From an uncultured Candidatus Saccharibacteria bacterium (lineage in GTDB: Bacteria > Patescibacteriota > Saccharimonadia > Saccharimonadales > JAGQNJ01), in contig CAZNZL010000002.1 of assembly GCA_964577565.1 (NCBI GenBank), positions 10,054-74,053 on the forward strand: DNA of 64,000 nucleotides. Direction: 5' to 3'. The position numbers were made by a program, and so were the translations under genes. Of this stretch, positions 1-7,139 are shown piece after piece (the first letter of the stretch is position 1; every line of letters starts with the position of its first letter). The notes below the pieces were generated by a model, which was not told where the DNA came from, searched no databases, and was given only the letters and a program-made list of their open reading frames with translations.

Positions 1-516
1 CACCAGACCACTTATTTGGCTGTCCGCACCATTGCCAACTGCTTGTACTCCTATAGATGCTCCTGCATTGGTTCCATCAATCTCGATAAGCAAAATTCCA
101 TTAAGTGGTTCGGGTGCCGGTGCTGTATTGGCTTGTGCTCCAGGCTGGGTATAGCCATCAATAATAACCGTATCAGTTATTTGCGGTAGAGCACTAGCTG
201 GAGCTATGGTATAGCCATTTTGGCCTTGGTTCGTGAAATCGGCCGTTCCGGTTATATTGAAACGGATGGTCTGGGTACCTGCTGCGGCATTAGATTCTTC
301 AATGGCTGCCCGCAGCGTACAGTTGCCAGCACCATCATTACAGTCACTATCACCAATATTGTCGTCACCGGTATCGAGCGTGGAGTCTACGGTAATACCG
401 TTACTAAAATCACTATCGGCTGCTTGAACATTGGACGGTGCCTGAACTGCTAAGCCAACTACGAGTGCTAGTAAAGCCAGGACTGTGACAGTTATGTTTC
501 GTTTTGTTTTTGTCAT
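1..516 (-). CDS. Secreted beta-helix surface protein, N-terminal 172 codons only (the gene continues past the window start); paralog of the three genes at 11033-18611
   Basis: Hand translation from the ATG at 516: MTKTKRNITVTVLALLALVVGLAVQAPSNVQAADSDF...GNCTLRAAIEESNAAAGTQTIRFNITG...IIDGYTQPGAQANTAPAPEPLNG. It has a signal peptide, and the same GxxSLRxAI / IDGYxQxGA..ANTA motifs occur in the N-termini of the 820/823/813-aa paralogs. It is absent from the ORF track because it is truncated. Confidence 0.7.
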   Translation of the reverse strand, partial: MTKTKRNITVTVLALLALVVGLAVQAPSNVQAADSDFSNGITVDSTLDTGDDNIGDSDCNDGAGNCTLRAAIEESNAAAGTQTIRFNITGTADFTNQGQNGYTIAPASALPQITDTVIIDGYTQPGAQANTAPAPEPLNGILLIEIDGTNAGASIGVQAVGNGADSQISGLV

Positions 517-799
517 TTTTATCTATTTCCAACTGAAGTATAAACGTGCTTACGGATAGTATACCAAATATAACTGATTTAGGCGCAACCGGTTCCTACA
601 AACCCACCTTTATCAAACTTGAGCCTAGTGTAATTTGAAAACGCCCCACCCATCTAGGTTTTAAAGGTTTGATCATGAAAGCTAGTCTTTAGCTATCAGA
701 ATGTATACATCAGGGTTGTCATACAACCCGTAATCATTGTCATGAATTTATAAATATGTCAACGAGTTTAGGGCTATTTTTTACAACTCGTCCACCTTC

Positions 800-828
800 T
801 TGACAAAACTACCCCTGTACAGTACAAT
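800..828 (+). promoter_or_regulatory. Sigma70-type promoter TTGACA-17 nt-TACAAT, about 130 nt upstream of tRNA-fMet
   Basis: TTGACA at 800-805, exact 17-nt spacer, TACAAT at 823-828, in an AT-rich intergenic region. Confidence 0.55.
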
Positions 829-840
829 AAGCCCTGATAA

Positions 841-941
841 CAATTTTGTGAGAGGATTCACAAAATTGAGAGGAGACAGCTTTGTGAGGTTGTCCCTTTT
901 GCTCAGCAAACTTGTTTTGTGAGCAAATAGACTACCTCACA
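841..941 (+). other. Structured leader between the promoter and tRNA-fMet: an 11-bp perfect hairpin plus a nested two-stem hairpin
   Basis: caattttgtga (841-851) pairs with tcacaaaattg (858-868). tgtgaggt (883-890) pairs with acctcaca (934-941) and encloses tgctca (900-905)/tgagca (920-925). TTGTGAG occurs three times (846, 882, 917). Confidence 0.35.
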
Positions 942-956
942 TTTACATGTCGACGA

Positions 957-1031
957 CGCGGGGTGGAGCAGCGGCAGCTCGCGTGGCTCATAACCACGAG
1001 GTCGCAGGTTCGAGTCCTGCCCCCGCAACCA
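957..1031 (+). tRNA. tRNA-Met, initiator type (anticodon CAT)
   Basis: The cloverleaf folds by hand: cgcgggg/tg/gagc-agcggca-gctc/g/cgtgg-ctCATaa-ccacg/aggtc/gcagg-ttcgagt-cctgc/ccccgca/acca. It has the C1:A72 mismatch and CGCGGGG...CCCCGCAACCA ends seen in bacterial tRNA-fMet. CCA is encoded. Confidence 0.9.
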
Positions 1032-1180
1032 AAGAAAGAGTCCGATTTATATCGGGCTTTTTCTTTGTTCTGGCCAAGACTCGATTCTGGGACCGAAGTA
1101 GAGGTCGCAGGGGAAAACTGCCTGTGGCAGTTTGGACGGCAACCTTCTCTTGAAAACTTGTTTTCAAAGATGAAGTTGTG

Positions 1181-1218
1181 GGGTCGCGGAACGTGACCGA
1201 GTCCTGCCCCCGCAACCA
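1181..1218 (+). repeat. Partial direct duplicate of the tRNA-fMet 3' end (att-like footprint)
   Basis: gagtcctgcccccgcaacca at 1199-1218 is identical to 1012-1031. The preceding ggtcgcgga is a degenerate copy of the T-arm 5' side. No 5' half of a tRNA is present. Confidence 0.7.
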
Positions 1219-1301
1219 TAAGCACTTTAACCCTTTTTTATGGGGTCATTTTTATTTTGCTTTTGCTTGCATTCATAACTTATGAGGTATTAAATATCAA
1301 T

Positions 1302-1742
1302 ATGACAACGGCAACATTACCCCGGCATGAGGCATTGAGTGTTGAATTTACTCAAGCCGTTCAAGAAGAAAACGGAAATAATGAAAGCTTGGATCGTCTA
1401 CAGAAAATCAGGGATGCCGGGCTATTCCTTGGCTCAATTTGGGCATACGGGCTTGAAGAAGGAGAGCCACTATCCAGAGCTCCCATTTTATGGATGCCTT
1501 CGAAATTCACAATAGATAGCGGCAGGTTAGCGGTTATTATCGATGAATGGTGCGCTGTATCTATCGATGAGGAACGTTCAAGTAAAAGGTTAATAAAGGG
1601 CTCTGGCGAACTTGAAGAAACAGCTGAAGGCAAAAGTTTACTCATGGGTATTTTTCAAACCATGACAAAAAGAGGTACTGCACGTTTGGTTAGTACGCCA
1701 GTATCAACGACATTGGCTGAAGAAGCCTCACCGCCTCGTTAA
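1302..1742 (+). CDS. Hypothetical protein (146 aa from the ATG at 1302; the track ORF starts at a TTG at 1257)
   Basis: Long ORF with no motif I recognise. Confidence 0.5.
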   Translation: MTTATLPRHEALSVEFTQAVQEENGNNESLDRLQKIRDAGLFLGSIWAYGLEEGEPLSRAPILWMPSKFTIDSGRLAVIIDEWCAVSIDEERSSKRLIKGSGELEETAEGKSLLMGIFQTMTKRGTARLVSTPVSTTLAEEASPPR

Positions 1743-1765
1743 TAGCAAATGAGAATGCCTCCTAG

Positions 1766-1900
1766 CTAATTCTCATAGACGACCGGATTGCTATGCTGGC
1801 ATTCTGGGCAAAACAGCTTGCTGCTACCAAAAACAGCATGTCTTAGATATTTCTTTATTTTGGATTCACTGGGGATTTGTCTGAGGTTGTACATGTCCAT
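1766..1900 (-). CDS. Small hypothetical protein (44 aa), below the ORF-track size cut-off
   Basis: Canonical SD AAAGGAGG lies 6 nt upstream of the ATG (minus strand, 1900). Translation: MDMYNLRQIPSESKIKKYLRHAVFGSSKLFCPECQHSNPVVYEN. Confidence 0.3.
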   Translation of the reverse strand: MDMYNLRQIPSESKIKKYLRHAVFGSSKLFCPECQHSNPVVYEN

Positions 1901-2032
1901 GATTGTCCTCCTTTTCATGGGTCTGTACCAATAGGGTGTGATTACCCGTATTTATTTATGAGCTCATGGGGGACATGCTTGATTTTAAACTCATGCTTGC
2001 AACATTGTTTGAAAATTGTATTATAAGTCACT

Positions 2033-2500
2033 ATGAGACCTGTTCCAGAGGCTATTACCAGTAGAGAAACTTGTACCATCCAGCTTAATGCTACTGATGT
2101 TGGTCTTGCCGATGCGGCTTTCGATACCACTGCGGTTAGCTACGGAGACGGTGATGCATTTACTTGGCAAGCAGGTGGCGGTGAGCTGTACTATAAAATA
2201 ACGCGTTTAGCCAGGGGCTTCTGTAAAGATGAGGGCATACCGTTATCTTCATGGTTAATTGAGATGCTAGACTCGCAAGAAAACCTGACTGAATCGTATA
2301 TTTTTGATGGTCCATCACACGAAATAAAAGACCATGACGGTAGCCCGGTTAGATTTGAATTAGTAAATAAAACCGTCAATATGGTTTTAGACTTGTTTGC
2401 CGAAGACGCTGTGTTGCGCGAACAAACACCTTTTCGTATCTTGCCAGGTGATATTGTTATTGTAAACCCATGGTACGAGCACCCAGAACAAACATTCTGA
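2033..2500 (+). CDS. Hypothetical protein (155 aa)
   Basis: Long ORF with no recognisable motif. Confidence 0.5.
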   Translation: MRPVPEAITSRETCTIQLNATDVGLADAAFDTTAVSYGDGDAFTWQAGGGELYYKITRLARGFCKDEGIPLSSWLIEMLDSQENLTESYIFDGPSHEIKDHDGSPVRFELVNKTVNMVLDLFAEDAVLREQTPFRILPGDIVIVNPWYEHPEQTF

Positions 2501-2552
2501 AAAGAAGTAGTTTCATTGCGACTAGGGGCAAAGATACAAGTGTAATAATCAG

Positions 2553-3803
2553 TTATTTGGTCTCAATTAATGCCTGCTTGTCGGCGTCACTACTACCGTG
2601 ACGGCTGAGCATTAAGAACGGTATGGCAACTAGCTGAATCACACCGCCAATAACATAGGTAGTGCCGTAACTCCATACGTCAGCCGCTTTGCCAAGTAGC
2701 GGCTGCACAACAACGCCGCCTGTACTGCCAATTAACGAATCAAACGACAAAACCGTTGCTCGCTGCTTAGACGGAATCATATCGTTAATGTACGCTTGGC
2801 GAATAGGAACAAGAGCTGCAAAGACTAATCCCCACAGCACAAGCAACACCAATGCGACCATGAACATGGAAGTTAGGGCAAGCAGGAGCAGTGCGAGTGA
2901 GCTTACGAGAACGCCCGCAATAAGGTATGATGTCCGTTTTGCAAACAATAAGCGAATCTTGGGTGCAAAATATCCACCGGCAATTTGTGACCCGGCAACA
3001 ATGGCTGCTGCTAAACCAGCTATAGAATAAGCCGTGTTGTCGCCATACAATTCTAAGAGATAGGGCTGCATGGCATAAAATGCATAAAAGCCCACCCCTG
3101 CCGTAAATAACGACGCCAACATTACCCAGCGAACCGGCGGATTACGTAGCCCATACTTCATTGATAGGCTAAAGATATTACCGATCGCCTTAAATGGTTT
3201 CTGGCGAGGAGGCCGCGTATAGCCATAATCTTTCATGAGTAAGGCGGCTATTACAAACATGATTAGAAGCACCGCGACACGTAATAAGAATGGCACACCC
3301 AAGTTAGTAACTTGGGCAATAACACCGCCCGCTACTGACCCGCAAAGCATAGCAACACCACTGACTATCTGGCCATCACCAAAGACCTTCTCAAGACTAT
3401 CTTTATAGCCGGCAAATTTTAACCCATCGACTAACCAGGCCTCAACCGCGCCCGAAAAAAACGTAAAACCCAAGCCCAGCAGAACGGACACTACTGCCCA
3501 GCTGGTAAATGAAGCCTGTGTTTGCCACATTACATAGTACAGCAATGTAGACCCCGCCAATGTTACGGTGCCAAGCAAATATGAAACCCGCCTACCCCAA
3601 CCATCAGCAACAATACCAGTCGGTATTTCAAACAGCACCATACCCACCGTAAAGAAGGCATTGGCTGCAAAAGCCTCAAGGTTAGACAGGCCAGCATCCA
3701 ACAAAAATAAAGTGTTAATACCCCATATAAACGACGCGGCCAAGGTGTTACCCAGCATTAATAGCAAATATGTGCGGCGAATACGCGCTGCTAGTGGTGT
3801 CAT
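2553..3803 (-). CDS. MFS transporter
   Basis: 416 aa with about 12 predicted TM helices. The GxxADxxGRR-like motif (GIVADGWGRRVS) sits in the loop 2-3 position. Confidence 0.85.
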   Translation of the reverse strand: MTPLAARIRRTYLLLMLGNTLAASFIWGINTLFLLDAGLSNLEAFAANAFFTVGMVLFEIPTGIVADGWGRRVSYLLGTVTLAGSTLLYYVMWQTQASFTSWAVVSVLLGLGFTFFSGAVEAWLVDGLKFAGYKDSLEKVFGDGQIVSGVAMLCGSVAGGVIAQVTNLGVPFLLRVAVLLIMFVIAALLMKDYGYTRPPRQKPFKAIGNIFSLSMKYGLRNPPVRWVMLASLFTAGVGFYAFYAMQPYLLELYGDNTAYSIAGLAAAIVAGSQIAGGYFAPKIRLLFAKRTSYLIAGVLVSSLALLLLALTSMFMVALVLLVLWGLVFAALVPIRQAYINDMIPSKQRATVLSFDSLIGSTGGVVVQPLLGKAADVWSYGTTYVIGGVIQLVAIPFLMLSRHGSSDADKQALIETK

Positions 3804-4020
3804 ATACTCATTGTACGCTCAATAATGAGCTGCTGCCTATAGTTTGAGGTGTTAAATACCTAACTGTAGCCTCGCGGATTTCAGGGTACTATTAACATGC
3901 GTACACGAAAGGAGTTGTTTATGCGTGACAGAATAATTACTTTGAGCAAATTTGAAAGAGACTACATCATAAAAAATCGCAGCCCAGAAATAAAACTGTA
4001 ACATCATCTATAAATATAGA

Positions 4021-4050
4021 AAAAGGGCGTACTTTGGGAGGCGCCCTTTT
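4021..4050. terminator. Bidirectional intrinsic terminator hairpin
   Basis: aaaagggcg-N12-cgccctttt: a GC stem flanked by an A-run and a T-run. It overlaps the stop codon of the minus-strand gene 4049-4492. Confidence 0.6.
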
Positions 4051-4492
4051 ATCTTCTAAAGAAAAATCTTCCCCAAGCTTCTAGATTTTTTTGGTAGCTA
4101 GGCTTTTTTTCGTCTGCCTTTTTTTGAACTTCTTCATCAGGCTGCACAGAACTTGCAACCGTGTATTTTAGCGCTACGTCTTTAGGTATTAACACTATTG
4201 TTTCACCTGGCGCAGCCTTACCAAGCTGGCGACGAGCTGTTAGTTCAAGATATTCGTCAGTTTCAAGATATTGATTTTTAATTTTTAAGTTGTCGTTCTT
4301 TAGTTTTTGGACGGCATTTTCTTTCTCGAGCGAGGCAATTTGCTTTTGCAAGTCGTAATTAGCCTGAATCGCCTTGGTAGTACTCCAACTAACCAACAGC
4401 ACAATAATAATAAAAATAACCTGCCCTAAAAAACGCATGTCACTTAAGCGTTTAACAAACGTGACTAGTGTGTGTTTTGTGTTTTCTGGCAT
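4049..4492 (-). CDS. Septum formation initiator family protein (FtsB/DivIC-like)
   Basis: Single N-terminal TM helix, then a coiled coil (LQKQIASLEKENAVQKLKNDNLKIKNQYL) and a YLELTARRQLGKAAPGE tail typical of the family. Start taken at the ATG (MPENTKH). Confidence 0.7.
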   Translation of the reverse strand: MPENTKHTLVTFVKRLSDMRFLGQVIFIIIVLLVSWSTTKAIQANYDLQKQIASLEKENAVQKLKNDNLKIKNQYLETDEYLELTARRQLGKAAPGETIVLIPKDVALKYTVASSVQPDEEVQKKADEKKPSYQKNLEAWGRFFFRR

Positions 4493-4535
4493 GCGTAACA
4501 ACTATTATACTGGGTACGCAAAAGTTATACGAAAC

Positions 4536-5348
4536 TCAGCTCAGTAATGCACCACCATCCACCACTATTTGACTACCTGTCATATAGCTAGCCATGTCAG
4601 AGGCTAAAAACAGCGCAACCATGCCTATTTCATCTGGCTCGCCCATTCGGTGCATTGGAATAGCCGACATGAATGCTTTGGTAGTCTCGGTCATTTGCTC
4701 TGCCGAAGCGCCGCTACTCATGGCTTGTACACCGGGAGTTGAGATGCCGCCTGGCGCAATCGCGTTCACCCAAATTTTATGCTCTGCCAGTTCAAGTGCC
4801 GAGTTTTTGGTAAAACCCCACACACCATGTTTTGATGCATCATAATGCGCTAAGCCAACCATTGAAGGATGAAGCGCATCAATTGAGGTGATGTTAATAA
4901 TCCTTCCACCACCATGAGCCTTCATAACTTCTGCGGCATATTTAGTTGTTAAGAAGACGCTACGCAAATTAACGTGCATTACCCGTTCAAAATCTTCAGC
5001 TGTCATTTGCGCTACCGGCACCGGCGGAAAGATACCTGCATTATTAACCAAGATATCAACCGAGCCAAACTGTCGTTGGCACGATTCTATCATTTGTTTT
5101 ACGGCTATTTCATCAGCAACATCAACAGTGGTTGCTTGGGCGATTCGTCCTTGATCAGATAGTTTTTGTGCTGCATCTATCGCGGCCTGTTCATCTAGAT
5201 CAGCAATAAGCACTTTGGCTCCAGCTTCTATTAAGCGACCACAAATTGCAAGACCAATACCTTTAGCGCCACCCGTTACAATAGCCGCTTTGCCCGATAG
5301 GTTTAATAGCTCGTTAACTGGTTTCATAACCCCCCTTTTCTTTATCAT
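4536..5348 (-). CDS. SDR family oxidoreductase
   Basis: TGGAKGIG cofactor motif, NNAG, catalytic YDASK. An alternative start at 5327 (MKPVNE) is possible. Confidence 0.9.
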   Translation of the reverse strand: MIKKRGVMKPVNELLNLSGKAAIVTGGAKGIGLAICGRLIEAGAKVLIADLDEQAAIDAAQKLSDQGRIAQATTVDVADEIAVKQMIESCQRQFGSVDILVNNAGIFPPVPVAQMTAEDFERVMHVNLRSVFLTTKYAAEVMKAHGGGRIINITSIDALHPSMVGLAHYDASKHGVWGFTKNSALELAEHKIWVNAIAPGGISTPGVQAMSSGASAEQMTETTKAFMSAIPMHRMGEPDEIGMVALFLASDMASYMTGSQIVVDGGALLS

Positions 5349-5419
5349 ACCAAACTACCCAATATTCAATAAGCTGGTAATTTAATCCTTGAGATGGTAC
5401 CATTTCCTCTGTAACACCA

Positions 5420-5842
5420 TTATTGGTGTCGTTCACTGAGGGGGTGTAGCTCAGTGGTTAGAGCAGTCGGCTCAATTGACAATTTGGCTAAGTCTAGGCT
5501 GGGATTATGCGTCTCGGCATGGCAGTTATGGCATAACAAGACACATTTTGCTATTTCGCTTAAGATAGGTTTTAGTTTGCGGTTTGATAACGCCCTGACA
5601 TCTAACTGAAATTCCTTTCCATTTAAATGGTGGAATGCTAACGCAGAAAGATTCTTGGCATAACCACACTGTGAACATTTTCCGCCAAGCTTATTTACAA
5701 AATAAAGCTTTCGTTCTAACCCTCTTTTTTTCTGGGCAGGATATGATTGATGGGCGGCATTTTTACACTTAACCGAGCAAAATAATACCTGTTTGCCGCT
5801 AAGTACTTTGTGGCAAATGCTGCAGTTAGACCCAGCTTTCAT
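5420..5842 (-). CDS. HNH homing endonuclease (140 aa), antisense to the intron and tRNA
   Basis: CxxC...CxxC zinc-finger pairs, AFHHLNG, and LLCHNCHAETH (HNH motif). About 123 of 140 codons lie inside the intron. The last 17 codons read antisense through the tRNA 5' exon. Confidence 0.8.
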   Translation of the reverse strand: MKAGSNCSICHKVLSGKQVLFCSVKCKNAAHQSYPAQKKRGLERKLYFVNKLGGKCSQCGYAKNLSALAFHHLNGKEFQLDVRALSNRKLKPILSEIAKCVLLCHNCHAETHNPSLDLAKLSIEPTALTTELHPLSERHQ

Positions 5843-6122
5843 AACTGTATATTATATTAGATACGTCAAAATGTTTAGGGCTGCTTACATGGGTAACCTG
5901 TAAGTATATCTTGTCAAATTCGGGGAAGCCTCTGGCATTTCACCGTGGTAATCCCGAGCCAAGTCCGCCCTGTGGCGGAAAGGTGTAGAGACTGTATGGC
6001 AGGCACCCGTCGGCTGACGGGTGAAGAGACAGTCCAGACCATCAAACCCGAAAGGGGCAACGAAAGTTGTAGTGGTACGCATAACCGATTGGTCGCTGGT
6101 TCAATTCCAGCCACCCCCACCA
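5440..6122 (+). tRNA. tRNA with anticodon CAT (probably tRNA-Ile2/lysidine type, possibly elongator Met), interrupted in the anticodon loop by a 607-nt group I intron
   Basis: 5' exon 5440-5472: gggggtg/ta/gctc-agtggtta-gagc/a/gtcgg/ct. 3' exon 6080-6122: CATaa/ccgat/tggtc/gctgg-ttcaatt-ccagc/caccccc/a/cca. Joined, they give a canonical 76-nt cloverleaf. The D-arm, variable loop and T-arm closely match the E. coli ileX sequence as I recall it. Confidence 0.8.
5473..6079 (+). mobile_element. Group I self-splicing intron (IC3-like core) with an antisense homing-endonuclease gene
   Basis: The 3' third (about 5905-6079) contains gtcaaattcgggGAAgcc, cccgagccaagtccgcc and gaaaggtgtagagactgtatggcaggcaccc. 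These align with the Azoarcus tRNA-Ile intron core (GUCAAAUUCGGCGAAACC, GCCGAGCCAAGC, GAAGGUGUAGAGACUAGACGGCACCC), recalled from memory. GAAA-tetraloop hairpins are present (cccgaaaggg, caacgaaagttg). The last 5'-exon base is U and the last intron base is G. Splice sites are predicted only. Confidence 0.8.
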
Positions 6123-6127
6123 ACCAT

Positions 6128-6152
6128 AAGCACTTTGAGAGAAGTGCTTTTT
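6128..6152 (+). terminator. Intrinsic terminator after tRNA(CAU); copy 1 of a 25-nt repeated hairpin
   Basis: aagcactt-tgagag-aagtgctt followed by ttttt. A near-identical copy is at 7007-7031. Confidence 0.7.
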
Positions 6153-6185
6153 GTTATCGTTGTGACATGAATTTAATTCACACTT

Positions 6186-6584
6186 CTAAGATGCTCTAAT
6201 AGGCTGTGCCTGGATAGCCACCAGCTCATTTCCATTATCATAAGCGGTAATGTCGCTGAGTGCTCGGTCAAGATCTGGTTCTGATCCTGCAGACCCCCTC
6301 ACTGCTAAAGCACCAGTTTTGCTAAAAACCACCAATTCCACTGACTTATCTATTTCACCCACAGACATACCAACTCGACCAGCACCACTTACCGCAACTG
6401 CCATTAACAATGCTTCATCATAATCGTCTTCGCTAAGCTCGGCTATTTCGTTTGCGTCCCGACAAGGAGGTCTGACTGCGAGCATACTACATGCTCGCTC
6501 CACACCCCTACCTACCACAGTTGCAACTTCGACTCCATGACCAAAGCTTCGAAATTCACCAATCCTTAGTTCTTCTAGTGACAT
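6186..6584 (-). CDS. Hypothetical protein (132 aa from MSLEEL), cargo of cassette 1
   Basis: SD AAAGGAG lies 6-7 nt upstream of the ATG at 6584. No recognisable motif. Confidence 0.55.
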   Translation of the reverse strand: MSLEELRIGEFRSFGHGVEVATVVGRGVERACSMLAVRPPCRDANEIAELSEDDYDEALLMAVAVSGAGRVGMSVGEIDKSVELVVFSKTGALAVRGSAGSEPDLDRALSDITAYDNGNELVAIQAQPIRAS

Positions 6585-6658
6585 TACGTTCTCCTTTAGA
6601 TACAATTTTCCTCTTAAACAATGTCATTTGCAAGCACAAGAAGCTAGATAGTGTACTC

Positions 6659-6915
6659 GGTTCAAAAGTATTCTCGCTATAGTTAATACAACGAATCACT
6701 AGAGTAAATATGGCTCTGGAAACCTGGAATTAGTCGCCTGATTGAGTTCACTCTGCCAAGCTATATCTGGATTATCAAGAAGCCAATCTATAATGAACTG
6801 TAGTGGTTCAGAAGTTTTCGCTTCTGCTCCACCACGTCAGAATTTATTCCAACCAAATACCAAAAAGGCGCAATCAAGTGACGCCTTTTTTATTTGGTCT
6901 AGTATACTTCTTCCT
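6659..6915. repeat. Direct repeat unit A (~257 bp), paralogous to 8695-8956
   Basis: Hand alignment with unit B. The core (ccaa.ctatatctgg...agccaatctataatgaac.gtagtggttcagaagtttt.gc.tctgctccaccacgtc) is roughly 87% identical, with weaker homology on both flanks. Confidence 0.75.
6699..6836 (-). pseudogene. Copy A of the small conserved ORF (45 codons, RGGAEAKTSEPLQFIIDWLLDNPDIAWQSELNQATNSRFPEPYLL), apparently inactivated
   Basis: Same frame as ORF 8735-8959. TGA at 6837-6839 sits where copy B has CGA, and there is no in-frame ATG/GTG/TTG downstream of it. Confidence 0.5.
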
Positions 6916-7006
6916 TTTCAGATTCAAGATTCCTCTCTTGAATCTGGCGATAGCAGTGTTACGCTTCACCCTACAAAAAATCCTCCTTTTGCGGAGATCC
7001 CAAGAA

Positions 7007-7031
7007 AAGCACTTTGAGAGAGGTGCTTTTT
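7007..7031 (+). repeat. Copy 2 of the terminator hairpin seen at 6128-6152
   Basis: aagcactt-tgagag-aggtgctt-ttt: one substitution relative to copy 1, which keeps a G.U pair. Confidence 0.6.
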
Positions 7032-7084
7032 ATGTACCTCGACTCATATAAGGTTTTCAATAGCCTGGAGTCATTACGAGAGTA

Positions 7085-7113
7085 TTGAATTTATAGTGTT
7101 TATATTGTATACT
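7085..7113 (+). promoter_or_regulatory. Near-consensus sigma70 promoter TTGAAT-17 nt-TATACT, 27 nt upstream of the GC-rich ORF
   Basis: TTGAAT at 7085-7090 and TATACT at 7108-7113, in an AT-rich stretch directly abutting the GC-rich coding region. No SD lies before the ATG at 7140. Confidence 0.6.
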
Positions 7114-7139
7114 ACCGTTGTTCTTTCGAACACGTCAGA

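Noticed and set aside
3921-4001. A 26-codon ORF (MRDRIITLSKFERDYIIKNRSPEIKL) with AAGGAG 6 nt upstream of its ATG.
   Set aside because: The SD context is good, but the ORF is too short to support without conservation or expression data. It was not listed as a feature.
5920-6122. Possible tmRNA: GGGG start, tRNA-like 3' end with T-arm and CCA.
   Set aside because: It is too short, and no tag-peptide reading frame or pseudoknot pattern is evident. The matching 5' half of a normal tRNA lies 640 nt upstream. The intervening sequence carries group I core motifs.
5885-6199. Track ORFs over the intron and tRNA 3' half (5885-6082, 5914-6123, 5945-6199), and likewise 912-1225 over tRNA-fMet.
   Set aside because: They overlap structured RNA genes. 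Peptides such as GIEPAT and GLEPAT are the usual antisense read-through of tRNA T-arms.
6740-6900. I first read repeat units A and B as plus-strand small RNAs, each with a promoter-like TTGxxx-N15-TATATC and a hairpin plus T-run terminator.
   Set aside because: The substitution pattern between the two copies is codon-phased on the minus strand, with many synonymous changes and third-position-only differences in PEPYLL-stop. Minus-strand coding therefore explains the conservation better. The hairpins are A/T-flanked on both sides and can act on either strand.
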